This document shows positions 1-13,796 of a DNA stretch of 64,000 nucleotides, one piece after another. How positions within the stretch are numbered: position 1 is the first letter of the stretch; every line of letters begins with the position of its first letter. This DNA is from Ramazzottius varieornatus (Eukaryota > Animalia > Tardigrada). A program made the position numbers and the translations under genes. The stretch covers positions 5,989,591-6,053,590 of the forward strand of contig BDGG01000001.1 in the NCBI GenBank assembly GCA_001949185.1. The letters are read 5' to 3'. The notes under the pieces were generated by a model, which saw nothing but the letters and a program-made list of their open reading frames with translations, was not told the origin of the DNA and ran no database searches.

Positions 1-2
1 AT

Positions 3-176
3 CGGCAAGCTCTGTCCGAAGAAGAACTGGCATCGCTCCTACGGTTCGATGTCCTGGCTAGGCTGAACGACCAGTTTTGCCCCACCCCGGGTTCGGAAAA
101 CGTATCGAACCAAGCAGACGAGCAACCAACATATGATACCACTTCGCAAAAGCTTCCACCAGAAGACTCACGGTGA
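3..176 (+). CDS. Probable 3' end of an upstream gene (partial, function unknown)
   Basis: Open frame from the window edge (RQALSEEELASLLRFDVLARLNDQ...PPEDSR*) to TGA at 174-176. AATAAA at 362-367. Convergent with the SLC25 gene. Confidence 0.4.
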   Translation, partial: RQALSEEELASLLRFDVLARLNDQFCPTPGSENVSNQADEQPTYDTTSQKLPPEDSR

Positions 177-378
177 ATACACGTGGCATATGGAGTGTGT
201 CTTCCTGATGCATTTCTTACTTCGTGTACTTCGTGCTAGTTCGGGTAACCATGTTACGTGCTGATAGCTTTGGTGTCCATAATTGTTGGAAATATTTTAA
301 TGTTTTAGTGAGATCAGAGCACTGTGGTCAACGACCATGAAAGACTCAAAGAGTCCACACAAATAAAGATACTGTCAA

Positions 379-1604
379 TCAAAGCACCATTTCTTTCAAA
401 TTTTTCTCATCATTCAAACTTCTAACATGGCGGAGGAACAAAGTGACAACTGTGAGGGTGGTGGCGTTGGTAGGAAAAGAGCGCACCAGCGTAGTCCCGA
501 GACCTCGAGTAAAGACAGACCACCCTTCCTTCCGATAGCTGTCCATCGCGCATTGCCTGGCGGAAGTGTACCTGTCGTTCGTTTGGTATCTCGACTTGAC
601 CACGTCTTGGGGGAAACAGGTCAACCAGGATATGACACCACTCATTCCACCGGCTAATATCAAGCGCCCGATTCCCATGTGTCCGTGTACGATTTTACCG
701 TTTTCATCAACGGTATCCGTCGGGGTGAAAACTTTGGTGAGAAGCCCGTATGTCAAGAAATAGCTGCCGAAAGAGGGTATCTCGCGAGTCAAGGTCCACG
801 CAAAACCTCGATACATCCCGGGAAGACCTGAAACCACAGTTGGCCTAGAACTTCCGGTGGAGCTTCTGAATGACTGCTCACCTTGCTTTCTATAAAGGTG
901 CCGCAGGACGTCCAACGGACCTTTATAGAATGTCGGCTGTGGCGTGCTTGAAGAAGGTGGTATTTGGTTGCGGAGACCTTGGAGTTGCATGCGGGTCTTC
1001 GCTAGTTCAAGCGGGCAAGAGATGACAGACTGGACGCAACCAGTAAAGGCCCCGGCGAGGAACTGGTTGCGAGAGGAATTTTCGCCCAGCAAGCGCATAG
1101 TGTTACCGTAGGTCCCGAAGACAATGGCCTGCGTCACAGCGACACCGTACAGCGGGCTGGTCATCCCTTTGTACAGACCCCAGAAGGATTCTTGCTTGAC
1201 CATGGTCTTTAGGCAGTGCACTGGTCCGTTGTAGAGGGGCGCTGCAGTACTTTGAGTTTGCAGACGTACTTTGACCATGTCCAAGGGCTGCAACGAGCGT
1301 AACTGTGGACATATGGAATTTTGGTCGTAGAATTTGGAGTGGTTCAAGCTTATTGTGCTTTCACACGGTGCAATTTTATGGTTCGCGATGACGTCACGCT
1401 GCATACACTACTGACTACTGACGGTGCTGAAAATGCATTTCTTCCGGTGGTCACGTGACGCTAGTTACCGTTGATTGATGCTATAAGACCGCTTGACCAC
1501 CGGAAGGGATGCATTTTCGGCACTGTAGAACTTACGTATCCGACAGTTACTCCGGCACATCCTCCTAGTGTGCCAGCCACAAAATCAGCTAGAACAGGAT
1601 GCAT
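379..1604 (-). CDS. Mitochondrial carrier, SLC25A29/SLC25A45/SLC25A48 (basic amino acid/carnitine-type) subfamily
   Basis: Exons 1604-1536 (MHPVLADFVAGTLGGCAGVTVGY), 1287-882 and 827-379, all GT-AG. Three Px[DE]xx[KR]xR carrier motifs (PLDMVKVR, PLELAKTR, PQDVVKSR). Intron 828-881 is in frame and has no stop. Confidence 0.93.
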
Positions 1605-3674
1605 ACAGCGTTGACAGTAGTAGTTCAAACCAAGATGCGAATAATAATGATAGATGATCCAGAATGAAATGCAGTTAGTAGCAGGGATAATAACGGTCAA
1701 GGCAGTGGCAGCTGGAAGACGTGTAGCTTCGGCCTGATAACGACAGACGAACTATAGTAAACGAACCATCATTCTTCAATGAATCCAAGAAGTTCGAAGT
1801 GCTTCATCTACATTGCTGGAGGTTATTGTGGCGCACCCGAGATTCGAAATCAGCTTGTGACTGCAGTTCAGTGCTGCTTGCTTTGCTCCACATTCCACGT
1901 GGTGCAGTATACTTCCGTCTACACTACGCCTCCTCCTATTATGCAACGAAGTATTCGGTGAGTCAGGCTGCGTTATCGTCAGCCGCGCTGTCGTGCTATA
2001 CTATCATTACTATGCAGATTTGAGGTTTTAGTGCTGCGACCGGTTTACAAGACCATATCAAACTGAGGATAGCCTGTGATCGTCGATCACAAAATTGTGT
2101 CAGCCAGGACAACCTGAAATTATTGATCAGGCGTGGTCGGCGCTAACACGGAGTCAAGCGTGATGTAGCAAGCCACACAATTCCATCACTCCACTAGGAC
2201 ATAATTTAATGGAGGCGCATTTATCACTTTATCACTGCTTGACCATTTATCAAATACAATAAGTATGAGTTAGTGTTTATGTTCAGTTGGAGATCGCCAT
2301 GTTGGACCTCAAAGATCCATTCTTAACTTCTTACACAACGACCAGTTGCTGCATGCTATTGAACAGAATGGGTCCACCTGCCCACCTGAGATACGGAGTT
2401 TTTTCTCAATTCGGGTTTCTCTAGAGATCAATCCAGCAACGGTAAGTTCTATCATGCCACCGCAGCGGCTCCTTGATTGTATGCGATATCTTGACCTTGC
2501 AGAGTGCCCCGCGACTGGAAGAACCTCTCGGAAAAGCTACCAGGGTTGATCGTGGGGAGCGTCGATCAGATCAAGCGCATTCGAGACGCCTACGAAAAGT
2601 GGCCAAAGCCGTCGCATATCACAGGATAAAATGTCGAACAGTGGGACGTTGGCCCTAGATGTGACTGAGCCCAGGCAAGTGTCCGGAACCTTTACGCAGG
2701 AGGCGACAAGGTTGACCATAAGCCCGTTTTGCGACGGCATCCGGATGAAACAGATTATTGCCAAGAGCTCCAACCCTCCAACAGGTGGTGCTGACCAATA
2801 TCTGCGATGAGGACAGAGGGCTTCATGTCCATCTCTTGGCTGACTCATTTTGGAATCAGCACGCTACAACGCCCTAGTACATTCTCGCTGGTCAATTGTA
2901 AATTTGCGTTCACTGAGATCCACTCAACCTTATCGATGCAAGACGGCTCTCCGCTTTATCGTTTGTTTCCGGCCGAATTTGGTGAGGGCCGGATGCAGCG
3001 TTTGTTGCTGGTGAGTCTGGTGACGAAAGGGTGTCTTCGCCATGCTGTACTGTTTACTGCCAAGAAGGTTCCATTTCCGTACGGTAAAACGCAGCTTGTG
3101 TGGCTAGAAAATTAAAGATACAAGTTGGGGAACCAAGGTCTGCTGGAGTTTTATTTTCACTGATGCGCCAGACGAACGGTAATTTGATGTCCGATAAAGC
3201 AATCGGTTGTTTTTACTATGTATACCGCTATACACAGCGAACGGCTCATCACGTTTGTTTTTTGTTGTAGATACGACCGGGTTCTCGACGCCAGTATTGA
3301 CGGGTACTACAACGACAGTCACCTGTTAGTCTTGGTTCGGATAACAGATACGCCCTCGCCACTGTCGAAGATTTTGGGAAGTTCGCCTTAAGCGTCTCTT
3401 ACTTGGCGCGGATGACTGCAAGCAGAATACTAGACCTCCCTCCTCCGCCGGAGTCAGTACCTTTGTGCTCACTGTACACCGACAGCCTGAATACTACGAA
3501 AATGGAACTACAACACCGCCTTCAGGATAGAGAAATAATCCTACTGGCATGTGCGATTATGCAGACGAGCCTTTTTCAGATCACTTTTCTTTCTTTCGTC
3601 TTACCTGGCTCGGATGGTTTCGACCGGGAAACTGGACCTACCCCCTCCATCTAGCGTCATTCCACTTTGCTCGA

Positions 3675-4402
3675 CACGATAGTAAATTAGGGGGCACGCG
3701 GAGAGGATGGGAAAACAAATTCGACCGTAGAAAAGTGTGTTATTGTGATTCGGTCGCGTACATACGTGCTTCTGTACACGCGCGAAGGGAAAGTTTGGCG
3801 CAGTAAAACGTTGGGATCAGGCGCAAAAGACGGCAAATTTAGATTTTATATGCAATCAAGAGACAGAAACCAACTGTATGACGTAACGTGATAGATTTCA
3901 ACCGCAGTGGAAACTACCGTAAACATTGGTACAGTGTACTGTATTAGCTGTTAGTCTTCTGAGTGGATCCCGTAAGTTTGTCGTTTGTTTTCGTGTCCAG
4001 AAATCAGCCGGTGTTCATGCTTCCATTTTGGCTAGCTTTTCGAGTAAGTCTCAACAGTTTAAAACCAAGAGGCCTCGACGATACAGCGAGGATGACCTGA
4101 AAAGAGCGCTTTCTGCTGTCGAGAATGGTAGTGGACATCGTGAAGCTGCTCGTCTCTACAACGAAGCTAGTAAAAGCGTCACGCTTCTAGCCACTCGTTC
4201 CGAAATCCATCACGTACGTACGGCAGTAAGGCCAGTTATGCTGTTTTCTACATGCAGCAAAAAGCACCTGTCCGTGCCGCCGTAGCGGAACGGCCTGAAC
4301 CAAACTTTTTACTGCGCCAAACTTTCCCTTCGCGCGTGTACCGCCGTAGCGAAAAGGCCTGTCCCATACTTTTTGGAGTCCCATAATTTCCTGTCGTGCG
4401 TG
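3675..4402 (-). mobile_element. MITE family A copy split by a nested insertion
   Basis: Segments 3675-3776 and 4341-4402 join into the reverse complement of the elements at 4652-4852 and 48817-48986 (…gtgcttctgTA|ccgccgtagcgaaaaggcctgtccca…). Confidence 0.8.
3777..4338 (+). mobile_element. Non-autonomous pogo/Tigger-like DNA transposon with an HTH_psq remnant
   Basis: TIRs of about 45 bp (CACGCGCGAAGGGAAAGTTTGGCGCAGTAAAA…), TA target duplications at 3775-76 and 4339-40, and the internal peptide RRYSEDDLKRALSAVENGSGHREAARLYN (psq-type HTH). Confidence 0.85.
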
Positions 4403-4497
4403 TACGTATCGGATTCACCATCGCAGGATGGAAAGCGGTCTGAATAGAGAAAAAAGGAGCTTGGCGTTCCTTCCTCCGGCTTTGCAAGAACCATCGA

Positions 4498-4569
4498 AAT
4501 AGCCTATCATGCCTAGTCGAATAGCCTATCATGCCTAAATAGCCTATCATGCCTAAGCCTATCATGCCT
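4498..4569. repeat. Short tandem repeat, about 4 copies of (AAT)AGCCTATCATGCCT
   Basis: Directly visible. Confidence 0.9.
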
Positions 4570-4651
4570 GCCGAGTCGAAATCAGTTCGATCCCCAACTT
4601 ATATGTTTCCGAATTCTTCAGTGTGTGCAAGGTCAATTAGCGCCTGAGGTA

Positions 4652-4852
4652 CACGCACGACGGGAATTATGGAGCCAGTAAAAATTATGGGACCAGGCCT
4701 TTTCGCTACGCCGGTACGGAAGCACGTACTTACGCGACTGATTCACAGTAATACACTTTTGGACACTCTTCGACGTTTGAATTTCAGTTTTGCCGTCTTT
4801 TCCACCTAGTTCCATAATTTTTACTGGTCCCATAATTTCTCGTCGTGCGCAT
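4652..4852 (+). mobile_element. MITE family A
   Basis: TIR CACGCACGACGGGAATTATGG…/…CCATAATTTCTCGTCGTGCG, preceded by TA. Internal sequence is shared with the copies at 3675 and 48817. Confidence 0.8.
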
Positions 4853-5325
4853 GCTAACTTTCATTTATAAGTTCGAGACGATATACCGAATTTGAACACA
4901 ATGTCCTCGGTCGAGCTTCGATTGCCGCGTATTGAACGTTGAATTTCACTGGTTCAAATGGGGTACATTGTACATGATGAAAAAAGAATTGCAACCACGT
5001 TTGGAAAATTGCCCATCATGGAAGTGATAAAGGTACGGATGATGTAGATAGAACGATCCGATGGACACAGCGCTGCAGACGCGCGACTGAGAAAAACAGG
5101 AAGACTCGATCCTACATCCGCGCAGATAACAAAGTACAGAAAACGGCAGGAATCATTCAGCTATCGGTCGACAGTTTACGGTAAGCAAGACAAGAATATA
5201 GCAAGTAAAAGGATCTGTGCTTGGTCAAATAGCAATAGCACTTTATCACAGCTGGGAAAGGCCAAAGTCACGCTTCACTGGCGAAGAACTTGTCATCTGG
5301 CAGACAGCGACCCAGGACCATCCTG

Positions 5326-8300
5326 TCAGAAGACACAGCAGTACTTTTTCCAGCTGCTCCTCCTGGGTATGATCTTCTTGCCCTCCTTGGCCGTTCTGGA
5401 AGCTGTGCGTTTAAGGAACTGCGTGCAGTTGACAGTGGGCCCTTCCACATCTCGTTCGTTCGTTGTGGCGTTCTTGTTGAGCGAGGCCAGGATGGCTGTA
5501 TCAAAGACCTTCTTCAGATTCCATTGTGTCAGGGCGGAACATTCAATATAGCATTCGGCGTTGATGCTTTGTGTTAGCTCCCTCGCTTCGGCTTCGGTGA
5601 CAGGATGCTCGTTGTAGCGGGCCAGTTCCATCAGGACGGAGACGTCGTTGCGCAGGTCGCACTGGGTGCCAACGAGGATCAATGGCGTCCGCCGATGCGC
5701 ACCCGCGAACCGCTGGATTTCCGGTAGCCATTTACTGCGGATATTCCGGAAAGATGTCGGACTGACTACGCTGAAGCAGATGAGGAATGCATCCGTCTCG
5801 GGATAACACAATGGACGAAGAGAATCGAAATCGTCCTGGAAAAGACCAAAAGTTATTCGGTTCTTTTTCCCAACAGTGCAGTAATTTGCCGGGCAGAATT
5901 TACGTCCCTTTAACTGCACTCCTGCTCAGATCCGCCTATTTCGTAGGCAACCTACGTAGAACAATGGTATTTTTGTGTGGTTCGTTCTCCTTCATGTTCG
6001 AATTTAATAGTAATGCCCATCCATTACTACAGGGAATCCATCAAGCTTGTTTTCGGATCTTGATCATCAACTAGCACCGCGACTTTTGCTGAAAGGGATC
6101 ATCATAACTTAATAACTGCTCATATTTTATGCCGACACTTTATCCCGCACTCTCAAACATGCAGCTGCTAAAGTTATTCGCAATTTCCTCCGCCTTCCCG
6201 GCGAGAGCTCGTATTTAGGGAGTGTTTGATGGGAGAGTGCACAATGGGGGATCGGATACCGGAGAAGAGAATAGCACACACTGTTTCCGCTTCGTCAACG
6301 CGCCTTTCACTTCTCAAATTATGCCGGCTCAGGGTTTCTGTAGCTCTTGCAACTTGATCTGGAAAATGGAGGGTGGAATGTCGGTTGAAGCTGGGTTTAC
6401 CTTTGCATAATAAATACTCGAAGCCTGATTGACCTACAAAGTCGTGCGATGAGCCATCGGGGTTTCCAGTCCGCTGCCGATAATTTGTCCATGCCAGTAA
6501 TTGGGGCAGGCGCGTGTACTTTTTGCAGTCATCTCTCGCTCATATGTTCCATATAAATTCGACCGTAGGTTCAAGTACATGTTTTTCCCTATCCAACAAT
6601 GGAAGTGGAAAAATGTCAGCTTTTGTCTGTGAGACATGCAGAAAAACACTTTGGACTTGACAGCAAAAAGGTCCAAAGCAAACACGTCAAGCTGAAACTG
6701 CATCAAACTGGTCAGCGTTGATCGTTCCTTTCAAGAATCAAGCTGTCAAACCTTACACTTTTGATCCGTCTTTTAAACCATTTTTCTTTTTTTTTTTTGC
6801 AGATCATTACGGTAAATCGACAGGTTTAAAAGCTTCCCACGAGTTTGTTGGCCGCTGACTAAACCTATTAGTCCCTGTCAGAACGTTAAGCTCAGAGGGC
6901 CAATTTTAAAAGCTTTAGCAACCACGCATCTTCAATCAGGCTAAAACAACACTTTCGGTTATTCTGATCGAGCCCACATTTGTTATGGCTCAGGGTTGAT
7001 TTATCTTCCACGTCAGTCTGTCGACTAAACACCCAAAACCATCCAAGGCCTTCGCAACTAACGAGCACCAAGCGCCAGCAATTAACCACTACGTTCCTGG
7101 CCTCCTTCGACGTCCCGTCTATTTCATCCTCATCAACCGACGTTCACCCAACAATCCAAACATGTCTGACAGCCCTTCGACACATGTTAGCCAATGTGTC
7201 GAACTGACGTACACCATATAGCTAATCAAACGTGTTTGTCACTATTCGAGGCCTTCAAGGAGCTAAGAACAAAGTTGCAAAAATAACCTTGTGGATGTCA
7301 GCAACCATCAACAAGAGAACCCCTTGATCAAAACCAGAAACTTCTCCCCACCCACATGAACCGACGCACCGACGTCATCGCGGCCACAATAAACACCACG
7401 AACAGCCGCCCACATTGCACCGAGTCTACTGAATCACGCCGTCTTTGCGATATCGCCAGCAATCAAAAACCATGTCAACCAATCTAGCCGTCGAGCAAGG
7501 ATATCGTGTGGCGCCTTTTTAACCACGTAATATCCTAATGCATGCTAAGCTCGCGTCGATAACCTTCCATTATGGGCNNNNNNNNNNNNNNNNNNNNNNN
7601 NNNNNNNNNNNNNNNNNNNNNNNNNNNNNNNNNNNNNNNNNNNNNNNNNNNNNNNNNNNNNNNNNNNNNNNNNNNNNNNNNNNNNNNNNNNNNNNNNNNN
7701 NNNNNNNNNNNNNNNNNNNNNNNNNNNNCTGTATGTGACGTCTCATACGAATAAAGTGATCCGGAGGCGTGGCTTCTTTATTCGCATGAGACTTCAAATA
7801 CAGAAACCAACTCTCCAAAAGCACTATCAAAAAGTACAGCTGTTTTGAGAGTACAAGTACCACGCAGAACAGTATGGTACATTTTTGACTAATGTCACAG
7901 TATAGATCAAAACTGATATGCATCAGTTTTGATCTGTACTGCAGTATGGTTCAAAACAGTAAGGTACTTTTTTGGCCTATACTATAGTACAGTTCAAAAC
8001 AGTAGGGTCAGTTCAAAACAGTACCCTACTGTTTTGATACCTATCAAAAGTGTATGCTATAAGATTTTGAGAGCACATTTACTTATGCACTTATCCGCCG
8101 CCCATATTCCATAACGCTGATCCAGGGCTTCAGGAGCCATGGATCAAACGTCAAATGTCACCCTATTACGCTGATCAAATACGACACGATAATAGCCTTC
8201 TGTTGCTTGGACCAGCTTTGCCAAAGATGTGATGCGATTTTGCAGTGAGGAAGATTTATTAATTGCGAACAATTCGTTGAGCGAATGTCAGCGCGGGTGA

Positions 8301-11237
8301 GCGGACGGCACATATATATCTTATCTCCTTGTCGATGAACGGCGCTGGTCATGTTGACATTGCGCCAAAGAGGCACAAGGAGCAAAAGGGTCTCTCTACC
8401 CGGCAGCTATGGCCATTTCCGAGGCGAGAAAAGAAAAACACAGGAAACAGCCTCGAAAGATGCCTCTCGAGATTGAAAAGTCTGCCTGGATGGAATGGCT
8501 AAGAGCGATAACAGCCGGATTATCTGCATCCTACAGACCGCTCTGTTCCAGCGTGGCTTCGTTCATGTGTACGAAAACAGTGGGAAAAAAGGCTCAGTGA
8601 GCTGCTAGCGCGTCGATTTCATCAAACCCTCCCGCTTAAATCTACAGGGACGAATTTCTGGATATGGCTTGTGGCGGACCGGAAAAAAACTGTGTCCACA
8701 GAAAAACATATTTCTCTAGACACAGTAAACCAGCAACGTAGCTTGCAATGCGGGCCGGCTTGTAAATACTGTAAAAAGCAATGCCAGAGTTTGGTTGCAT
8801 TACATAAAAGGCGATGCAAAAAGAGAGAAATTACGGTGCTTGCTTCGATTCATGCTTTCACGGTAAGGTTAACTGCATTGTCGCTTTTACAATCGGCACA
8901 AATAACTCCGGCGATATGGTCCGTCGCACTTTTACAGGCTTAATAGCCGTACCCGAATCGCTTTCACTGCTCGGCCAAAGCCGAGATATGCCTACTGCCC
9001 AGTGACGGAGACTGTGATTATTCCCATGCAATGGCATATTCTGCCTGAACAAATTACAGGTTCAGCTGTAGTATAGTTCGTCCTGCCTGTATAAAAAAAA
9101 TGTACATGCGAACAAACTTGTTCATGTGGGCACAGTCTAACCATCGACATGGCTGTACTTGGACACACATTGGCGCTCGACTGGAATTAATTTATGCCAT
9201 CATTTTTCCGTCGGTCGCACAGGTACATCCGTCAAGAATGTGTCTGTAAACTGCGCGAGCGAAGCCAAGCATTACACGCGGCGTGCGCCGTCAAGAGCCC
9301 AACAACCCAAATCTGCAAACCTAATTGCGACACCCACTTCAAGGTTATTACACACTCTATAAGCACCAAAAAAGCCCAATCAGTACCCTAATCCAAGACG
9401 CCTAATCTACTCTCTCAGGACCAACCACAAAAACCAATCAGTCTACACTTCAAAACTCGATCACGGCTTTTCAGTACCCTCAAGAATTTTGAAGGCGGCA
9501 AATCTATAGCGTAGTAAAACCAGATCGAGTTTTATGATACAGAGATTTATTTATTACAGCGCTTACGCAGAAAGCACGATAGTTCGAATTCTTTTTCTGA
9601 GCTTTTCTTGCAGTGACCGATTTCGGTCCACGGCATACTGTCACATAAAAGCTTTTTTTGGCGAGTGATTTTAATGTGCCGCACTGATTATCCGCACTAT
9701 GTCCATCATCGCCTAGCGCTGTCTTTTCACTATGTCAGGCTAATCACTGTATTCCATGCAGGCACGAAAAGAGAGTTTTCCGAGCAGTTCTCTGCCGTCA
9801 ATCTAGCTACTAACTTGACAGGTCTAGGTACCTTCCATGTCGGGGCTCGAGATTAACTCACTGGTCGACTGACCTCAAGAACATACTATCGTCTTTGTGT
9901 TGATATTTTTAACCTCGTTTCTCCACGTATCAACACAGCAGGCAGTCAGCGCCACCGTAGTCCGAGTGTATAAACCGGCCTGTGCGCCAAACGCGTGGTA
10001 GACGTGCCATCGAATAAACAAGTGCCGCACAGTCTTCCAACCACGGCTAGAAACACTAAACCATCGTAAGAGCTGTCGTTTAAGCGGATAATTTGCCCTA
10101 CTTCCCATCTACACTGCGTACTCGAAGTGAAGTACCCCACTGCCAGAACACAGTACGCATCTTAGTTTCCTTCGGAGTATCACACAGGGTATAGCGTCAG
10201 TCTACGTGACGATACAATGGGTTCTATGGGTCGAATAGGTCCTCGAACAAAATGCGAATGTTTACGAGTTTATTTGTAGGATGTTTTATGATTATGTGCA
10301 AAGAGACGTATTGATAGCTGCAAAAGCGGACCTGAGTAGAGCAGTTTGCAGTGGGAGTTAGCTAGACACTTTTGAATAGTCCAAGAATGACGGATGGAGG
10401 TGATCGAGGAAAAGTCGCTTACCTGGCCAGCAGTATCGAATAATTGAACGCGCAAAGGCTGACTGTCCACAGTGACTGATACTACAAAAATACGGAGAGT
10501 AAAGAATTAGACGGTGGACGAAAGGAGATAAAGACAGGCTCAACAGATTACAGTCCTGCACCGTCAGCTCGTAAATTCGGCAGCTGCCATTGATAACACT
10601 AGTATAGCGTAGCAAAATCCAAACTAGGCCTCGAATTCCTTCTCCAAAAAAATTGCCTTAAATTATGCAGTTTTAAGAGTGTGACGCTGGGCTTAAATTA
10701 TGCGATCTCGAGAGTGTGACGCATAATATTCAAGATCGCGAATGCTAACTTTCGCGGTACTTGAGCGCATTTTTTTAAATATGTCACATATCGGAAACCG
10801 ATGCGCACTTTTAGCATTTTTTGTCGTCAACAAGTGCAATCATGTCAACAGACGGTTCGAGAAGCGAACCCATTGTTGACATGACTCAGTCCATTTATAC
10901 ATGTGCCTATACGGGAAGAATGCGAAGTCCGTACATTACAAACTACCGAGCTGACCCGTATGGATTGTAAACAAAAGCGAAAATTGACCTTACCTGAATA
11001 TTTGTCGAAGGCCGTGGGAATATATTCGGTGGGGTATCCATTGGTGGTGTAGGAGACTAATAGGCTAGTTTTACCCACTGAGCCATCGCCCACAAAGACC
11101 AGCTTAATCCTGGTCGGCATCTCCACCGACGAAGGTGAGTCCATGGTGGGGACGACAGGGAGAGGTTCATTTAACGATGGCTTGCCGTGGATATTATGGC
11201 TGATGGTACGCGGATAACGACGCGGTGGTTCCGGCAT
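5326..11237 (-). CDS. RHOU: Atypical Rho GTPase, RhoU/RhoV (Wrch/Chp) subfamily
   Basis: Exons 11237-10994 (Pro-rich N-terminus, [19 protein letters not shown]), 10481-10423 (QLFDTAGQ) and 5835-5326 ([26 protein letters not shown]). C-terminus [10 protein letters not shown] is typical of RhoU. Intron 2 is about 4.6 kb. Confidence 0.92.
7578..7728. other. Assembly gap (151 N)
   Basis: Run of N inside RhoU intron 2. Confidence 1.
7811..8073. repeat. Foldback/MITE-like element with TCAAAACAGTA subrepeats and an internal near-perfect palindrome at 7898-7941
   Basis: cagtatagatcaaaactgat…atcagttttgatctgtactg. Repeated caaaacagta/tactgttttg motifs. Confidence 0.6.
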
Positions 11238-12243
11238 GGTCAGAGTAACTGGAGGCAACGTGGTATCTCTCACAGAATGGCCGACAGATCCATTATTGAT
11301 ATGTCATCGCAATGAAAATCTACGCGTCCACTTATGGCAATCAAGCAAATGGCGGTGATTAGCTTTGGACCGTGTGGCGCTGTTGGACACAAGAGATAAT
11401 GCACAAACAGTAGGGTGATATAATATTCAAGATATGGACAGTTCGCGTAAATTCTTGATGGCGGAGTATGTTGACTGTGTGCGCTATGAACCGTCCGATG
11501 GCCTGCAAGCGTGGATCGATCGAAGGAATATTTGCCCGATGGTTGCAGAAACGAAGGGAGCTCGTTTCGATCGTTTGCAGGCTTTGTATGGAAAGCTATG
11601 GAATGGAGTTACAGAGCCATGCAGCAGGAAATGGGTGAAAAGCAGGCACAGCTGCAAATGTGATAATAAAACTTTGCCTCTCGCTTTCCTGCCTTCTTTC
11701 TACGCTAACTTGCCATTTTGGCTATTGAGACGGCTGAGTAAGTTAGACGAGACTGACGGAATCACTCATGGCTTTGTCTCTACGGCCTCTTGACGAGTGA
11801 GCTCATACTGGGGTGTGAGTCAATGGGCGTGGTCAGTGGGAATCGGTCAGGTGACGGCCAACCAGCGATCAGACCAGGTCACCAGGTGGGCAGCGGTAAA
11901 ATTACACGACATGCGCCATCTGTCGGTCAAGCCGTGCATACTGTAATAATACCGTGAATACACGAACAGTGTTTTGAATTAATTCAACAATTAATTCCAA
12001 AGACTCCTCATGGAAAGACACCGATGGTTTATGTGAGGCACAGATCGAGTTTTTTGTACGCAGATGGAAGGACTTTCTCTGTGTGCATTCTCCGTGACGC
12101 CGATCGTACGTCACCAATTTTCTGAAAATTTGATTGTTCTTCCCTGTATCTGGAATGTCACATAGTGGATCGATCAGAGGTTTGCACATATATACAACAG
12201 TAAAACCACTTTTTTCCAACGAAAATTTCGGGTCTAGCAACGT

Positions 12244-13599
12244 TCACGGTTTCCAGTTGATAACTGATGCCAGAATTTCAGCAGAGCGCCGCAAGCCGGG
12301 CTCAGGTAGATCCTGCAAAGCTTCCACCTTTGGCAAGTTTTCCAGGTAGAAGCGACGCCCCTCGGGAGACTCTGCCAGTATGGTGGCAATCTTGATGCAG
12401 TTGACCGCTACTTCAAGGCACGGATGGTACGCTAGCCTTACTACTCGTTCCAAAAGCCCACTCTTTCTTTTCAGCACACGATACCTGGCTTCCACGTCTA
12501 TCAGTATCCTACAACAGTATCCGCGCGTCATTGCAGAACTTCCTGCCGAACTCAGTATTTACGTACGTCATCAAGGCATAGACGATAGGTGCCATACTGG
12601 GCCTGCGTTCTTTTTCTGTCCCCAAGATGTGGTCTGTGAGCACTTCGACCGTACCACTTCCATCGGCCTGGGTTTTACCCTGTGTCTCCACAGCCAGGTC
12701 GCCGATACACCTGGCTGCTCCAGCACAAATCTCTTCGTCCGAACTATGCAGATACTCGGTGAAATACTTCATTGCTGGTGTGTCCAAAACATCCTTCCGA
12801 AGGTCGGTGTATTCCATCATGTTGTGCAGTATGTCCAGCAGTAACAACTTGGCTTCGCGCACTTCCGTGTACAGCTTTTCCACAAAGACTCTAACCAAGC
12901 TGTAGTTGGCCATCTCGAAACTTCCTGTTGCAATATACCTTCAACGCAATATCGAGAGCAGCTTGGTATACTAGCTTTAATGTCTCGAAATCTACCTTTA
13001 AAGTCTCGAGCCAAATTGACGAACACGCCATAAGTATTTAGCCGAACAGCATCCTCTTGGTCACTGATACGCTTTTGGATGATGCCCACAATACCACAAC
13101 GCACAACAGCTTCTCTTCCACTCGGTGACCCTGTAAAGGCAAGCCATTAGCAGATTTTGCTCAAGTAATTTCTCCAGAGCATGTGTATACGGACAGACAG
13201 ATTAGGGCGGGTTTCGTGGGAAAAGGCTTGATGTACTTTACGTGTGATCAGCTGGAGGCAAGCGGTGGCCCGTTCGCGCACCAAGTAATCCTCTTCCTGT
13301 AGGCGGAAGCCGAGAACCTTGATGACACCTCGATCCAAGCTTTCGTGGATGTGTAGTGGATCAGCCAGATGAACAACCAAGGAATTAAGTGCTCGACGCC
13401 GAATGACGATTTCGTCGGCCATCATTTCGCGTAACTGGAATTATCAGCAGAATTAACTTCAGAACTCTGTAGTAGTTATGGGATGCAAATATCCGCAGTA
13501 ACGTACAATACGAGGAACAGCACGAAGGCCGTAGGCAAGTGGTGTCTTTGAGAAGTCCACACGAGGCGGATAACGGTCTGACACGGTGGGTCGAGCCAT
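12244..13599 (-). CDS. RSPH14: Radial spoke head 14 homolog (ARM-repeat protein, RTDR1)
   Basis: Exons 13599-13507, 13434-13242, 13130-12996, 12924-12567 and 12508-12244 are phase-consistent. N-terminal LAYGLRAVPRI and C-terminal LAESPEGRR…LRRSAEILASVINWKP match remembered RSPH14 motifs. Confidence 0.88.
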
Positions 13600-13796
13600 T
13601 ATTATAGGATCTGGTTTCGACAATCAAGGAAGTACCTTTTTCGGCAAGGTTATTATTGCAATATATTTCGACCCACAAGAAGACAACACATCTTACACAT
13701 TGATATCAGCACGTTAATCTGCTTCAAGACCAATGTATCGCTCTTATACTGATAGCCCATCTATTCGGTAAATTATCGTAGAATAATTCTTAGCAA

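Noticed and set aside
1288-1404. N-terminus of the 341-aa ORF as listed in the track
   Set aside because: This stretch is intronic. The real start is ATG 1604, spliced to 1287.
2200-3650. Short ORFs upstream of the SLC25 gene
   Set aside because: No recognisable domain or coherent exon chain.
4498-4569. CRISPR-like array
   Set aside because: Eukaryotic context, spacers of only a few nt and no cas genes. It is a simple tandem repeat.
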